Below, piece by piece: positions 22,653 to 35,957 of a stretch of 64,000 nucleotides of DNA. Location: NCBI GenBank assembly GCA_907165135.1, contig OU015569.1, forward strand, positions 124,001 to 188,000, in the 5' to 3' direction. Origin of the DNA: Oikopleura dioica. Taxonomy: Eukaryota > Animalia > Chordata. Position 1 is the first letter of the stretch, and each line of letters begins with the position of its first letter. Below the pieces are notes generated by a model, which did no database searches, was not told the DNA's origin, and was given only the letters and a program-made list of their open reading frames with translations. The position numbers were made by a program, and so were the translations under genes.

Positions 22653-25600
22653 CCCTGTAACTTTCGAAATACAGTTAGGCCGCGCTGCAAAAAGACACAG
22701 ACAGTACGAGCGGCCTAAAAAAAAGTTGCTTCAAAAGCAGAATTTTTCATCGCTAATTTTTTTTAAACAAAAATGCGCGAAATTTAGAAACTTGAGTTCA
22801 TCAAAAAAAAATCCTGTGTAAAAAAACTGAGTTGGGATCCTGAAAGAGCATTAATAAAAGCCACCTTGCGGCTTTCTTAAAAAAAAAGCCGCAAAGCGGC
22901 TTACTCAGAATTTTAAAAATAAATTGAGATGCTTATTTTGGCAACCTGTGTAGAAACCTGAGTCAGGGTCTAAAATATCATCTCAATCTATTTTTAAAAT
23001 TCTGGCGAAGAAACGTGAGTCAGGCTCCTGAAAAAGCTTGAATTGAAGAATTTTGCACCCTGACTCAGGTTTTGAGAAACAGGGTTCTTCTCAGGTTGAC
23101 GAAGTCAGGCGGAAAAATTAAAGATTCGAAGATTGAATTTTATAATGATGGTTGGTCAAATTCAATAATGATCAATCTCGATCTGAGAAATCGGAAAAAT
23201 AAAAACGTAAAGCAGCTCCCACGATAAAAGAGCTAAAAATCGCAGAGAGAAAAAAAAACAGGAAGAAAAAAAAGTCGAAAAGACCTGAAAATGGAGAGAA
23301 AACGAGTGGAAAAGAAAAATGATGAGCGAGTCAGAAATGGCGCTTGTTTTATGATGCCTGTTATAATTATGCTGCAAATTATGATCAGGCAGCTCAAATC
23401 ATAAAAATTGCATGTTGCAAATTAGCGCTGTGAAAATATACTGCTGGTTGTATTTTACGACGCGCCATAATTGCACCTTCGCGCAGCATAATGATATCAA
23501 CGAGGAGAACAAGCATAAATAATCTTCATAAGGGTTTAGCCCTCATAACTGGCTAAAAATAAAAATAACTCGACAAAGCGGAAAAGGTCATTTTGACCTT
23601 CTTTTCTTTGTCTTTTGAAAGTTTTAAAAAATTTTTTTTCTTCCAGAATCAGACTCTGGATCCTGTGTAGAAAATCTGAGTCAGGATCCTTAAAAAAGTT
23701 ATGATAAAAAGCCGCGTGGAATTAGCCGCAAAACGGGTTTGCCAATATCTTTTATACCGCGGCTTTTTTTTTGATAAAAGCTCTGTGTCAGGACCCTGAC
23801 TCAGGATTTCTACACAGGTAGCTTTTCTAGCTCTGGCTACTTTCCTAAGGCTGATACTGATTGGAGAAAGGAATTTCGTCAAATTGTCTCTCTGAAGAAT
23901 CTCAATTTTGGAATAAAATTCCAAAAGTGTCTTCTTCAGTAAATTTGCGTTTCTTGCGAATTTACGTCATGTGACGACCTTGAGGTGACTTTGACGGACA
24001 TCCACTTCCGCCAGGTTGAAATGCATATCGAATTTTGTTGATTGACGTCACCGCGCCAGAAAAGCTCTGATAGCTACTTTGTCGTCTCTTTTCCTCGATC
24101 TAGGAGTTCTGGCCGCTCTCTCGTGCTGAAAAGAAGCTTTTTTCTGAAAGACAAAACTGGAAAATTTAATTTCGGAGTTAAAGGAGCTGGACGGACAGAC
24201 TGATTGATCGTTAAAGAGCCTGCCCAGTCCGAAGTGAAGGCCAAAGCGAAGCTAAACGATTAAAATTGCGCCGATCGGAGACCGACTCAATCAAATTCGA
24301 TTGACGGTCCCTGTACTTTTTCTGTCTAGCGAGAGGAAGATCAATCAGCCAGCCCCCGCGCGCTCAGACCAGGAAGAAAAAAAGAAGAAAAGGAGGAAAA
24401 GACGTTTGCTCTCCTCCTTGATCTCAAATATTAAGAAACACCATGATTGAATTGTGGCTTTGGGAAAAACTCTCATCTGGACATCTACTATAGCTGATAA
24501 AATTGAAGCTAGATTGTTACCATTACTGCAATAATGGCATTGGAAATTGGGTTATTTTCTATCTTTCAAGGACCCCTCATTAACTTTTTCACCAAAAAAC
24601 ATGAATTTTTTTAACACTCAAATTTTTGGTTCTCTGTTCCTCAGGGGGTTAAATTTTTTTTTTTTTTGAGAAATCTGAATTCCGAAACACCATAATTTAA
24701 TTTTGGTTCGGAGAAAAATTAATATCTGGAACTATATTTTCTTGATAAGCCAAAGTGCATCTGATTCTGCAATATGGGCAAAAGTTATAGCTTGTTTTTG
24801 ACGAAAAATTCAAGGGAATTAATAAAAAGGGGACAAATCTATGCCTAAATCAATAGTCTCCTTACGAATGCGCGCTGCTCTCTGAAGCTCTAGAATTCCG
24901 GCTGCGGCGGTCGCATTATCGTGTAGTACTCTGTGTTGTCTGGGTGGATTACTTCCCACGCGTGGGAATTCGCGACGCTCTTTCTTTTTATGGATGATGG
25001 AGAGAAGAAAGATGAAGAGAAGAGTGCGTTCTCTGCCCTGTGCTCTCACTTATCTCCATAAACGCCGCGCCGCGTAAAATGCGAAAAAACAAAGTTATAA
25101 AGCAACAAATCGAAATCGAAATCGCCAAAGAGCAAAAAAAAAGAAACAGAATCGGTTGATTAATTCTAATTGAATTCCAACTCCCCGGGAAGACGATTTT
25201 GAATAAACCCGACTCGAGAGTGTTGACTTAGACGCAGCAATTTCAATTGGAGACGCCTTTCCCGGGCTGAAACTGTACGAGAACCTGGCCAAAGCGAGAT
25301 TCCATCCATAGTAACCCGCTGAAGGAAAGAAAGTAAACACTACTAGTTTTGCCGCTTCCTCAAGTGGCAGTTCAAATTCTTCGAATTCCGCATGCTACGT
25401 AACCTTTAGTACAAACGATTCTGGTGCCCTTTCCTGAGTCAGGGTTCTACACAGGCTGCCGAGCTCAATTCCGCCCTGGAATTTTAAAAGAGGTTCTTCC
25501 TTGATTTCCGTTTTGAATTCGAATTCGAATTCCACTGGTTCTAGTTCTTCTTTTTTTGCAAAAGCTAAGTGGCAAAAATACGGTATCGAATTGGACAGCC

Positions 25601-25876
25601 GGGCGCAATAAAGTTCACGCGCTTCAGAAAAGAAGTGTATCCGGTGCTAAGCACCTTCTTTGTACCAGTGCTGGGCGATTCCAAGTCGTCTAGACGAGCA
25701 GGCCCGCCTAGTCCATCTTTATTGGATAGCTCTCGTTTTCTCGACAGCTCCAAATTGGTCTCGAATTGATTAGTACTCAGATTGGTGATAAAAAAATTCC
25801 CAAAAAAATTAAAATCAAGAATCTGAAATTCCGAAAAAATGCCAAATCTTGCAAAATTTTCGATAATAAACGCAAA

Positions 25877-26066
25877 CAAGGCTCGGCAACCTGTGTAGAA
25901 AACCTGAGTCAGGGTCTGAAAGATCTCTAATGAAAAGCCGCGTAGCGGCTTTTTTAAAAACGAAGCCGCGAAGCGAGATCCCAAAATAACTGATCCAATA
26001 CGCGGCTTTTCACTTGAGGTTTTTCAGACCCTGACTCAGGTTTTCTCCACAGGTTGCCGAGCTTTG
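25877..26066. mobile_element. MITE family A, full length, perfect 8-bp TSD AACGCAAA
   Basis: AACGCAAA|CAAGGCTCGGCAACCTGTG ... CACAGGTTGCCGAGCTTTG|AACGCAAA. Confidence 0.92.
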
Positions 26067-26894
26067 AACGCAAATGACCGGTTCTCTTCCTTGATTTCTT
26101 TCTTCTTCTAATTCCTCAAAATTAATCGAAAATTTCAATCAAAGATGAAAATTTGAAATCTTCTGAAAAAAAGGCGACGAAGGATGTTAGCAGCTTTCTC
26201 TGGCGATGCAGGATTCAGGGCTCTTGCTTGATGCTGCTGGTTTATTGTGGCTATCTGTCGTTTTAGTTTTACGAGAAAAGAGAAGAAAAAAAAAACGCCT
26301 TGCACCTGACACCAGCTGCCACAATAGCTACAACGCGCGCACGCAATTCTTGCAGCACTAGAACATCTTTTTCAAAACACGCAAAAAAGCGAAAGAAACT
26401 TACAGAATTTCTCTCATTTCAGATTTTTTTCTTTCTCTTTCAAATTGAAAAAAAAATCTCGATCAAAAAAAAAGTTCAAGAAAAAAAGTTAAATTTGCCA
26501 AGTGACGAAAAAAAAGATAGAAAGAAAAAAATGACGTGAGTTGCAGCTGAACAGTATCGCTTTCTTCTTTTGTTTTTTCGTCACTTCTATTTATCTCTCA
26601 AGGTCTCAAAGTCTCAATTAGCGACGCTAGAAACTGGGCTCGGCAGAAAGTTGTGAAGAAAACCTGAGTCAGGGTCTTGAATAAGTAAAAGGAAGTTTCA
26701 GGAGCCTGAGTCAGGTTTTCTTCACAGGTTTCCGAGCCAAAAAAGAGTGAAAATTTGGAGCTGTTTTTTATTCCTTTCTTTCTTTTTTTGTACAGTGAGA
26801 AAAGGGTCAGTAGTTACAGTAGACGGATAGTAACTCTTTGGATTTATACTCGTACATAGGCTCGTACAGATGGGCGAGTTTGGCTGATTTATTG

Positions 26895-28008
26895 TCACGC
26901 CAGCGTATTGATATCTGCAAAGTTGACCCGTGGCTTCTTCAGCGCGCCTTTTGGGCTCATCGATTCTAGCTGCCTTTTCAGTCCCGGGCGGGTGTTTTCG
27001 ATCGAGCTGCTTGTTGATGCATCCGAATCGGAACTTGAGATTGAGAGACTGGAGCTTTGAAAAGCTTCGAAATTGGGAAAAGTGGAATTGGAGTTGAAAT
27101 TGGCCGGTGGACTTGACGCGGATTGGGCCAGTTCCGCTTCGAGTTGGCGGACGCGGGACTGCAGCTGGAGAATGTAGTTGCGCGCTAGAAGCAGCGAGGC
27201 GATCTTGGAGAGTTTGCGGACAGAGGGCCCGCGCGCGTAGGGCATGACACCGCGCAGCCCGTCCATGGCGGAGTTGAGATCGTGCATTCGTCGCCGCTCG
27301 CGCTCGTTGATCTTCAGCCTGAAAAAGAAAGAGAGAGTCAGAAGGGTTCATTTTCAAGGGAGAAAACTGGGCACGGGGAGATTCAATGAACTGTGCTTAG
27401 TTTCAAGTAATTGCTCCCCACGAGGCTCGACGGAGGAAGTTAGAACAGATTAAATGTCCGTGGGCACCTAGCAACATATCTTGTTCTTTATTGACATCTC
27501 GCGCTACTGGCTACTGCTCTTACTGTATCTGACGTAGTTTGAGTCAGCTGATTGTAGCTTTTCTAGCTAAAGGAATCATGCATGTAGCGATATGCGTGCA
27601 AATTGAATTAGAATGAGTAGTTTAAAATCTGATTAAGGAGCGATATCACTGATGTCAAAAATATCCGATTTCATCTAACTATAGTAGCGTCTTTCTGGAA
27701 CATCTAAACATAGAATCAGGGTAAATTCGGAACACTTCTGCGCAAATTGCTGCCATTACTGACATAACAAAACACCTGTACTTCTACTAGTCAGCAAAAT
27801 TACTGCTCCAATCTCTTTTTACGACTCGGCGAAGCCACTTTGCGGCTTCGGTTCTAAAAGCCGCTTCGCGGCTTTTAGTAAAAGCCCTCTTGGACCCTGA
27901 CTCAGCTTGACTTTTGAATAAGAAAACTCACCGAAGTTCGTCTCCACTTAGATCTTGCATTTTCTTGTCTGCGTTTTTTGCCGAGTTTGAGTGTGAGTGC
28001 CTGGTCAT
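26895..28008 (-). CDS. Olig: Olig-class bHLH transcription factor, 2 exons (28008-27932, 27318-26895)
   Basis: ELR|[50 protein letters not shown] closely matches the OLIG2/3 bHLH; GT-AG intron in phase. Confidence 0.92.
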
Positions 28009-28086
28009 GATTGTAAGTTTTGAGTTCTTTTGAGTCTCTTGCCTTCTTGTAAGTGTGTGCGATTAACCTTGGTGGAAAGGGAGTAG

Positions 28087-28096
28087 TATTTATAGG
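28087..28096 (-). promoter_or_regulatory. TATA box of the Olig gene
   Basis: CTATAAATA on the minus strand about 80 bp upstream of the ATG at 28008. Confidence 0.55.
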
Positions 28097-29057
28097 GGTT
28101 GTAAGCGGGCGCACCCGATGGGCCCCTGATGGGTGCTCAATCCAGCGTATGTGTGATTTAGCTCCAGATCGCATTTCCGCAGCTCTCCCGCCGCGTCTCC
28201 TCCTTTTTAACACATTTTCCACCTTCCACGCTCCCAGGGCTCCCAGGGCTGCTTCGATGGTAGTGAGGTCGATTTTGACCGCAATTTAGTTATTTACTAA
28301 TATCAATACCAAAATATAGTCTCTTTTCTCCGAAAGACGTATTCTATTCTGCAAGACGCTCTCATAAGAAAAGATTGATATCAAAGCAATGACATCATTC
28401 CTCACTTCAAAATACAACTTGTTAAAACAGGATTATCAGATTTTTCCGATAGAAAAATGGGAAAATATAAAGATCGTCATCGTGTGAACCTCTGAAGAAA
28501 ACTGCTCAACTAGAACCATCTCTTTCCCTTATCAATTTTGTGTTGAAAAACATGTTCGATTGCGAGATTAAGTCGGTTCACCGTCTATGTATTTCATTAT
28601 AAATATCTGAGAATTCTAATTTTGAGAATAATAATGCTGTTTTTTCCCGTTTTGTTTTGTCTTGTATTACCGGAAAGGTTTCTACTTGAGAAATATTCAA
28701 ATCCTTCTGTAAAAATAAAGATCTAGAATATATCTACTTACAGACCTCACGTGACTTCTGCTAACATTGACAGGTTCGAAGTTATTTGACCGACAAGTTG
28801 GGGAAATCCAAGATAGTACCCTTATTCTTTCTTTTACTTGAAAAAAACGATGTGAGGAAAAGTTACTTTTATAATATAATAGTTTATTCGATTACATATT
28901 GTTTAACATAAAGATTGAAGATGAAATCAAGGAGGAGTTCTGCCGACAGAGGATTGAGAGGATTGGTATATACAAGAATGGATTGACACGTAATTAGACT
29001 AGTAGTAGTAATTTCGCAGTAGCTTGTAGGGCACATGTTCCAGTTGACCTGTGCCGA

Positions 29058-30266
29058 TTAGGGCCGCGCGCTGCGGGACGCTTCTTCGACCAGCAATTCG
29101 ACGTCATTCGATTTCGATGATTGTGATGGATTTACTGTGGCTTCCTTGGCAGCTACCTTTTCCTCCTTCGAGCGACGAACAAGCCGACTACAGCGAGGAA
29201 GAGGCTGAGCACGACGAACTGGTAGCCAAAAACGATCGATTGAATTTGACCGCTGCCGATTCTAGAGCCAGAAATTGCATCCCCCACATCGCCCCCGTTT
29301 GTTTCCATTTGCGGAGAAAAGTATTTGTACTAAAGAAGGTTTACTAGGGAGACAGTAAAAAGACTGTACCTGACAGCGGTGGCCAGTAAAGCCCCCAATG
29401 CACATGCAAATTTGGGAAGAGCCTTGCTCGATGCAGAGCCCGTTGTTGAGACAATTGGCCGCGCAGTGCCTCCTTCGTGGCATTCTTGATTTTTGGCGAG
29501 CAGTCGGAGTTAATAATCGGTTTCTATCGAGCAGTGGGTTTTTATACGGCGCTGTGCCCGGGCAAAACTGCTGCGCTCTACCTCTCCGCTGGAAATGAGA
29601 CCTGCGAGTCAGAGCGTCCTCTTTTACCCCTTCTTAGCAGCAAAATCGTGTTCTAGTCATTTCGGCTATTCTGCGTCATGATTTGGATGATTTCACTTCT
29701 TGGATATAATTATCTGAAATTCAATCGTAATTATTTTCCGTGTTTTTGATATATTTTTTTATCATAAAAGAGTCAGGAATTGTCTAAATCCAGAGTCAGG
29801 GTCTGAGGAGCTAAAATGAAAAGCCGCGTAGCGGCTTTTACAAACGAAGCCGCAAAGCAGCTTCGCGAATCTAGCCATTTCAATCTATTATTGATTTCTG
29901 GTTTTATAAAAAAAGCCGCTGCGCGGCTTTTGATTTTTGCTCTTTGGACCCTGAGTCAGGTTTCCTGGAAAACAAGAGGGTTCGATTTAATTTGTTATTT
30001 AATTTTCCAAAGTTGAAATCGGAGTCAGTAATAGAGGCAAGTTAGTTTAGTAAGGGATATTTTTTCGAAATTGGACGATTGAACACAATTCGAAGAAATA
30101 ATTCGAGAGTGAGGTAACTCGATGTGCTATTAAAGTATCGCTGGACATCGCTGAGACAGTAGTCTTTCAAGGCGTCATTCGATTTATCAAACTTTGAGAT
30201 CACGGGCACATGAGACTTGATATCTCGCGGCGAATCTAATCGCCGCCCTTCTTTTTCGGCCACAAC
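29058..30266 (-). CDS. Single EGF-like domain type I membrane protein; 5' exons uncertain
   Basis: CAANCLNNGLCIEQGSSQICMCIGGFTGHRCQ|YKYF, then TM IVFGYQFVVLSLFLAVVGLFVA with RRRK stop-transfer. Confidence 0.7.
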
Positions 30267-31733
30267 TGTAAGTTATCTACAGTATTACTGTGATTTTTAC
30301 AGTAATGTGGTAACAGAAAAGATATCAGCATTTTTCCCTATAAAAATCGATTTTTTCGATTTTGAGTGGATAAAATTTTTAACCGCGGTTTACCGTGATT
30401 AACCGTGGTTAACCGACCGGTTGAAAAATTTGAAAAACGGTTGATGCTTTTCTTTTTCTGTTCAAAAGAAAAAATCGATTTCTTTTCGATTTTTTACGGT
30501 TAAAATTTTTGACCACGATTAACCGCGATTAACCGCGATTAACCGCGGTTAGGCGACCGGTTGAAAAATTCGAGAAGCGGTCGAAGTTTATTATTTTCGA
30601 CTCAAAATGCAAAAAGGCGCTTCTCTCGAGCTCCTGAGTTGTTGTTGAAGAAAATTTTTCTCGAGTGTCTCTAGAATCGAAGTTGTTGTGAGGGCAAAAT
30701 GCAGATCCTCAGTCAGACACTTTTCGTGACTTTCACGGTCCGCGGGGAGCAATAAAAAGGTAATTAGCCGCATTTTCGCGATTTTTTTATTAAAATTTTT
30801 TGATTTCAGAATCCGTAGCGCGAGAAAAGAGGCGGAAATTTGCCGAGAAACGGTGCAACTTGGCTCAAGAAGCGAAATACGCCTGCTACTTCATCATCAT
30901 CCGCGAAAAGGGAAGATGATGAGCGAAAATGGCAAAAGAGGGAGAAACCCTCTCTCCTCTTGCTTTTAAGCTTCTTGAAAACCAAGTCGCACACATGTTT
31001 CAACCCTGAATAAAATCAATTTCCTCTACTTCCTTACTTCAGGGCCACCGATGAAAAATTTCAAAACGATATCGGTGGCCCTGTCTTTTGTCTCTTCTTT
31101 TCTTTCTTTAGATTGATCTAAGAGTAGTAGCGGTTGATGAGTAGTAGAAAGCGCTGGGCTGGCAACCTGAGTAGAAAGCCTGAGTCAGGGTCCAGAAAAA
31201 CTTTGATAAAAGCCGACTTCGCGGTTTTGCTTTAAAAATAGCCGCACTGCGGCTTATTAAAATGCTTTCCTGACCCTGAATCAGGTTGTCGAGCCTTGAG
31301 GAAGTTTTTGGTGAACCTGAGCTTTGTTTTGTTCATTTTCAACCTGCGAGGGTTGGAGTAAGCGCACATGATTGTTGTCATCCTGCTCCGCTCAGGCCGT
31401 AATTTGAAGAGAGGCGAGCGTCAGTTCTATAGTATGGTGCCATACTTCTGTTCCTTTTAAAAACTCGTTCCAAAACGCCTCTCACAAATCTCCAACTTAC
31501 CGATCGAAAGATTCTACAGAGTACTATTTATTGAACCTCTTTTGCACTATTTTATTAGCACTAGCAGATGGCTGGGGAGAATATTCGGAGGAGAAATTCT
31601 TTGATCTGACTTCTTTTAATTCATATTGACGTTATTGTTGCTTGAAAAGGCTTGGGAATAAAATTGAACATTAATTACGTGAGAATTCAGATTCTAAAAA
31701 AGAGGCTGGGAAGGATCGACTACGTCACTGTCG

Positions 31734-33420
31734 ATGATAACGCCAAAATCGTTCTCTTCTTCTTCGCCCAGAGACGAAGGGTTAGTGCGAAAAAGAGGGA
31801 TGAAGGCAGTTTCAAAGAAAATTGAGGATTCCTCCGAGAAAATGTTTTTGCCAAAGCGAAGTACTTTGCAATTGAGTACATCCGAATCGACTCCAAAGGA
31901 CAGTTTTTTCAACATCTTTTTTATCATTTTTTCATAAATAAAACGGGAAAAAGTTGACGGAAAAAAGAGCCGAAACTCTTTCGCTGAGCAACTCCTTCGC
32001 TGGAATAAGTTCCAAGAAAAGTTCGATTCACATCTTTTTCATTCAAGATTTCTTGTCTGTGGAATCGAATAAAAGGGAGATGCGAGAGCTTTTGGATCAT
32101 CGACAATGTCGCTTCGTTCGTCGCGATCGAAGAAATTTCCATCCAAGAAAAACATCATCGACGAACATGTCCAACTCGTGAGTTCTTGGCTTTTTGATTG
32201 AAAAACTGTCTTTTAGTTGGCGAAGATGGAAGAAGCTGTTAGCACAGGAGAACGATTACGAGCCGATATTGACTTGCAAAACGACTCCTTGGCCGAGCTG
32301 GAGGAAAAGAACGCCCTGCTACAAGCGAAAGAAACGGATTTTCAAGGTTGATGCTTGGTCTTTATTCGAATTGATAAAAACTTTGGACAAATACTTGGTT
32401 CAAAAACCTTGCATTTCAGTGGCAATCCAGCCTGTTATACTTGTGTCTTCTGTTTCTAGCCATGACGGTGGGTCATGAACAGTAAGGGCACAGACTGTAG
32501 AACTACTGTAGAAGGGCCCTCACTCCCTGTTTCGAGTAATTTTGAAAAATATTTTTCCATTTGGAATCTTTGAATAAAAAGCACCTTTTCGATCCGAAAA
32601 AGTCGATTTTGAAGGAAAAAGCAAGGAAGAGTACTATCACTCTGTGACGATCGAGCAAGACATCGAGCTCACGAATTTGAGCTGGCAAAGATCCTCAGCG
32701 ACGAGGAAAACGAATTTTGCTGTGCGCAAAACAGCAACTTTTGCGCTGCCTTGTCGACCATGCCCAGCATCAAAAGGAAACTAGAGACGGCGAGTGTTTA
32801 TCGAAGCTACCCGAACTTCGATTTCAAGGGGAGTTGGAAAAGGTAGCGTCCGAGCTGCGATCCATGCACAAGAAGTTGCATCTCATCAACAACGGTGATA
32901 ACAAAGCGTTCTAGAGATGGTGCATTAAAATCTCGGTTCAGATACGTTTCATTTCTTTGAGTTACTTTTGCCTTGCGAAGTTCTCCAAAACTTACAGAAT
33001 TACAAACCAGAAGACAATGACGACTTGGACGAACATGTTAGTACCGCGATTTTCATTTCTGACTGACTTATTTTTGCTGGAACTCGAATTTTTGCAAGCG
33101 CGGCTTTTTTGTCTAATCTACCTCGAAGCCGCAAGCGGCTTCTCGTTTTTCAACACTCGTTTTAAGGGTGTCAACGACTATCCAAAAAAATTGTCAAAAA
33201 ATTTGGCGAAATCGTTGTTGACACCCTTAATCCAGCAAGAATACGAATTCCAGCAAAAAATAAGTCATTTAGTTAGTTTATTATTGTGCAGCAAACAATA
33301 TATTTTTTCAGTTCTATTCGACAATAAAACATCTCCTCGAAGAAAAAACAGCCCAACCAGTTCAAGAAACAAAATCTGAAGGAAATGCTGGTTGCGAGAA
33401 AGAAAAACGTTGTTGAGGCG
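31734..33420 (+). CDS. Putative coiled-coil protein of unknown function (fragmentary exons)
   Basis: Exon-like stretches such as LAKMEEAVSTGERLRADIDLQNDSLAELEEKNALLQAKE and ELEKVASELRSMHKKLHL flanked by splice-like sites; no family recognised. Confidence 0.35.
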
Positions 33421-35191
33421 GCTTTCAAAATCCTTTCAAATTTCTAAAACAGTACGTAACTTTTAATTTGCCCGGCGCAATTACCCGGCACTTTAGCGAT
33501 CGAGAGATATTCAAGGCAAGATTGTCGGCATTTGGAAGAAGTCTACCGGAAAAATGAGAAGAAAAAATGAGGAAAGAGGATAATCATAAATCATAAATTC
33601 ATAAACTTATCTATTTTTAGCTATTTTTTATAGGTCTTAATTTATGTGAATATCACACGGTGATTAAGCGTTCTTTGGAGTGCATATTCTGGAGCATGTT
33701 ATTTGGTACATAAGATATACGAGCTGATACTCAATGTATCTTATCGAAAAAACGATTCCTTGCTTATCCTCTTTTTCAAGTCTGAGAATAAAAAATAGTC
33801 TTTCTTTCTTTTTTCTTTTATGAAAAAGTACTGTCAATCTTCTTTTTAGCAAGCAATAAAAACAATCACCCAGCCTCTCTGTCTTCTCTTCATTGAGTGT
33901 TTACAGTGCCCGAGCGCGATTAGACTAATACCAGATTAGAATAATTATGCGCACAGCAACGAGCCTACTTATGTTATCGCTATCCAGCCAGTATATGACG
34001 GTCGTTCTAGGGTGGGACAAAAAATTGCTCGGCTCGGCAACTTGTGTAGAAAACCTGAGTCAGGGTCCGAAATTTGTTTAATGAAAAGCCGCGTAGCGGC
34101 TTTTTCCTAAACAAAGCCGCGAAGCGGCTTCGCATATTTTATCTTTTTAATCTATTTAAAAATTTTGGTGAAGCCGCTTCGCAGGTTTTCGACAAAGACA
34201 ATCGCTTAGAATTATTAAAGAATAGAACAAGGCTAAATCAGATGGATGGGCATGGAGACAGATTCGGACAGTAATTCTAGTGGTACAATCGCCTTGTTGA
34301 CCCTAGCACACGCGCAGTGCCCGGGGCTCTCTCTTCTAGATCTACTGCTGCGCCACCAGGAGCAATGGTAATCGAAGGAGGTGCCGATTGGTGCAACGAA
34401 TCTCATGGGGAGCTGTTTGACCTGTCAATGCCCACTTTCTTTCTCTCTTTAATTTTACAACGAGTCATTTTTATTTACCGAATTTTCATACTTCGTACAG
34501 AGAGAAAGAGAGATACGCTCTAAACTCGAAGACCAAAAAACAAAATGAAAATTCTTTATTGGTTTTCTATCTGCGCGGCCAATGGTAAAAAAAATAATAA
34601 TGATTTCCCATATCTTCCAAAAATCAAAAAAATAAACAAAAATTTCACCGATTTTGAACCCGAAATTCAAGAAAAAAACGCGAAAATTTTCGTGAAAACC
34701 GCGAAAATCGAGTTTTTACTGAAGAATTATACAGTAAAATGCCCTCATATATTGAGATATTTGAATAAGCCTACAGTTACATAACGGAATTTCCGAAATT
34801 CAACAATTGGAGCCGAAAATTTCCACCGCTTTTCCTGAAATTTTGAATAAAAAAGCGGCGGAATTTTGGGCAAACTGTTTAATTTTTGTTCAGTAAAAGC
34901 CCGTCATACTAAAATTTCATCTTTTTGAGTCGGAAAGAAGCATCTAAAGCGTGAATAATTTCGCCCTGTTTGTGGTTAAACGTGTAAAACATGTGTTAAT
35001 TACGTTTCAAATTCCAAAAAAAAAAGCCATAACTTCAAAAACTTCTTCTAGCGGCTGATATCGTCAAGGGAAACGACGGACGAGTCGTCAGTAGAATCAA
35101 CAAATATGGAGCTTTCAGAAAAAACGGTAAAAATTTCAGCTCTTTTTTTCATTTAAAAATAAAAAAATAAGTTGGCGCGAAAAAACCAGAC

Positions 35192-35957
35192 GTGGAACCG
35201 ACAGTAGACTACATGGCGATGCACAATCCAGGTCTGGCCGAAGAATTGGCCAAAATTATGGACAGCGCGAACGCCAACGACGCCGAGTACATGGCCAAGA
35301 AAAGGGCCAAGGAAGCGAAAAGAAAGCCGCCGAAGCAGCTCTTAGGCGCGCCAGGGAAAGGAGCCGGTCCAAAGGTACGTTTCGAACTCGTTATTGCGAT
35401 GATGAAAGGCTTCGATGATGCCCTTTTCAGCGCGGGCCGCCGATGAAACGTCCGGGCGTGAATCTCAAGTCGGCAGGAGGCGGCGGCGGCGGCGGCGGAA
35501 TGACAGACCAGGAACGACGCCGCGAGGAGCAGCGCATCAGGAAAGAGCCTTTCAAACAACTCTCCAGCCTTTCTGCTGGAGCTAGAGCAGCAGTTCTGAA
35601 ACGCTCAACAAAAGAGACGAGATGGAGAAGAGCAAGGCGGACGCCGAGTTCCAGGTGGTCAAAGGCTACGCAATCAAGGGCGCCATTGGCATCGGCGTCA
35701 TCGCAGCGTTGATGATCGTCGTGACCAAAATCCGAACGGCGATGGAGGAAAAAGCCAAGCAGCAAAAACTCGCGGAGGAGCGCGCCGCCGCTGCTGCTGA
35801 AAAAGTGAAGCCGGCCGAACCCACTCCAGCGGATCTGAAAGGAATCGGATTGAAACACGGAAACGGTGCCCGCTTGTTTTCCAGTTGTTCTAATTTTAGA
35901 AAAATCGTTCAAAAAGGCCGCGAAGCTGAAATTGAACGCCGCGCTAAAAATAAATAA
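35192..35957 (+). CDS. Small single-TM protein of unknown function
   Basis: GC-rich exon-like ORFs; hydrophobic AIKGAIGIGVIAALMIVVT followed by a charged coiled coil. Confidence 0.5.

Noticed and set aside
31039-31083. Tiny CAGGGCCACCGAT inverted repeat as an intact MITE
   Set aside because: Single copy in the window with no convincing TSD; at most a deletion remnant.
34915-34935. Spliced-leader RNA-like sequence (TTTTTGAGTC)
   Set aside because: Match too short, with no adjoining donor or Sm-site structure.
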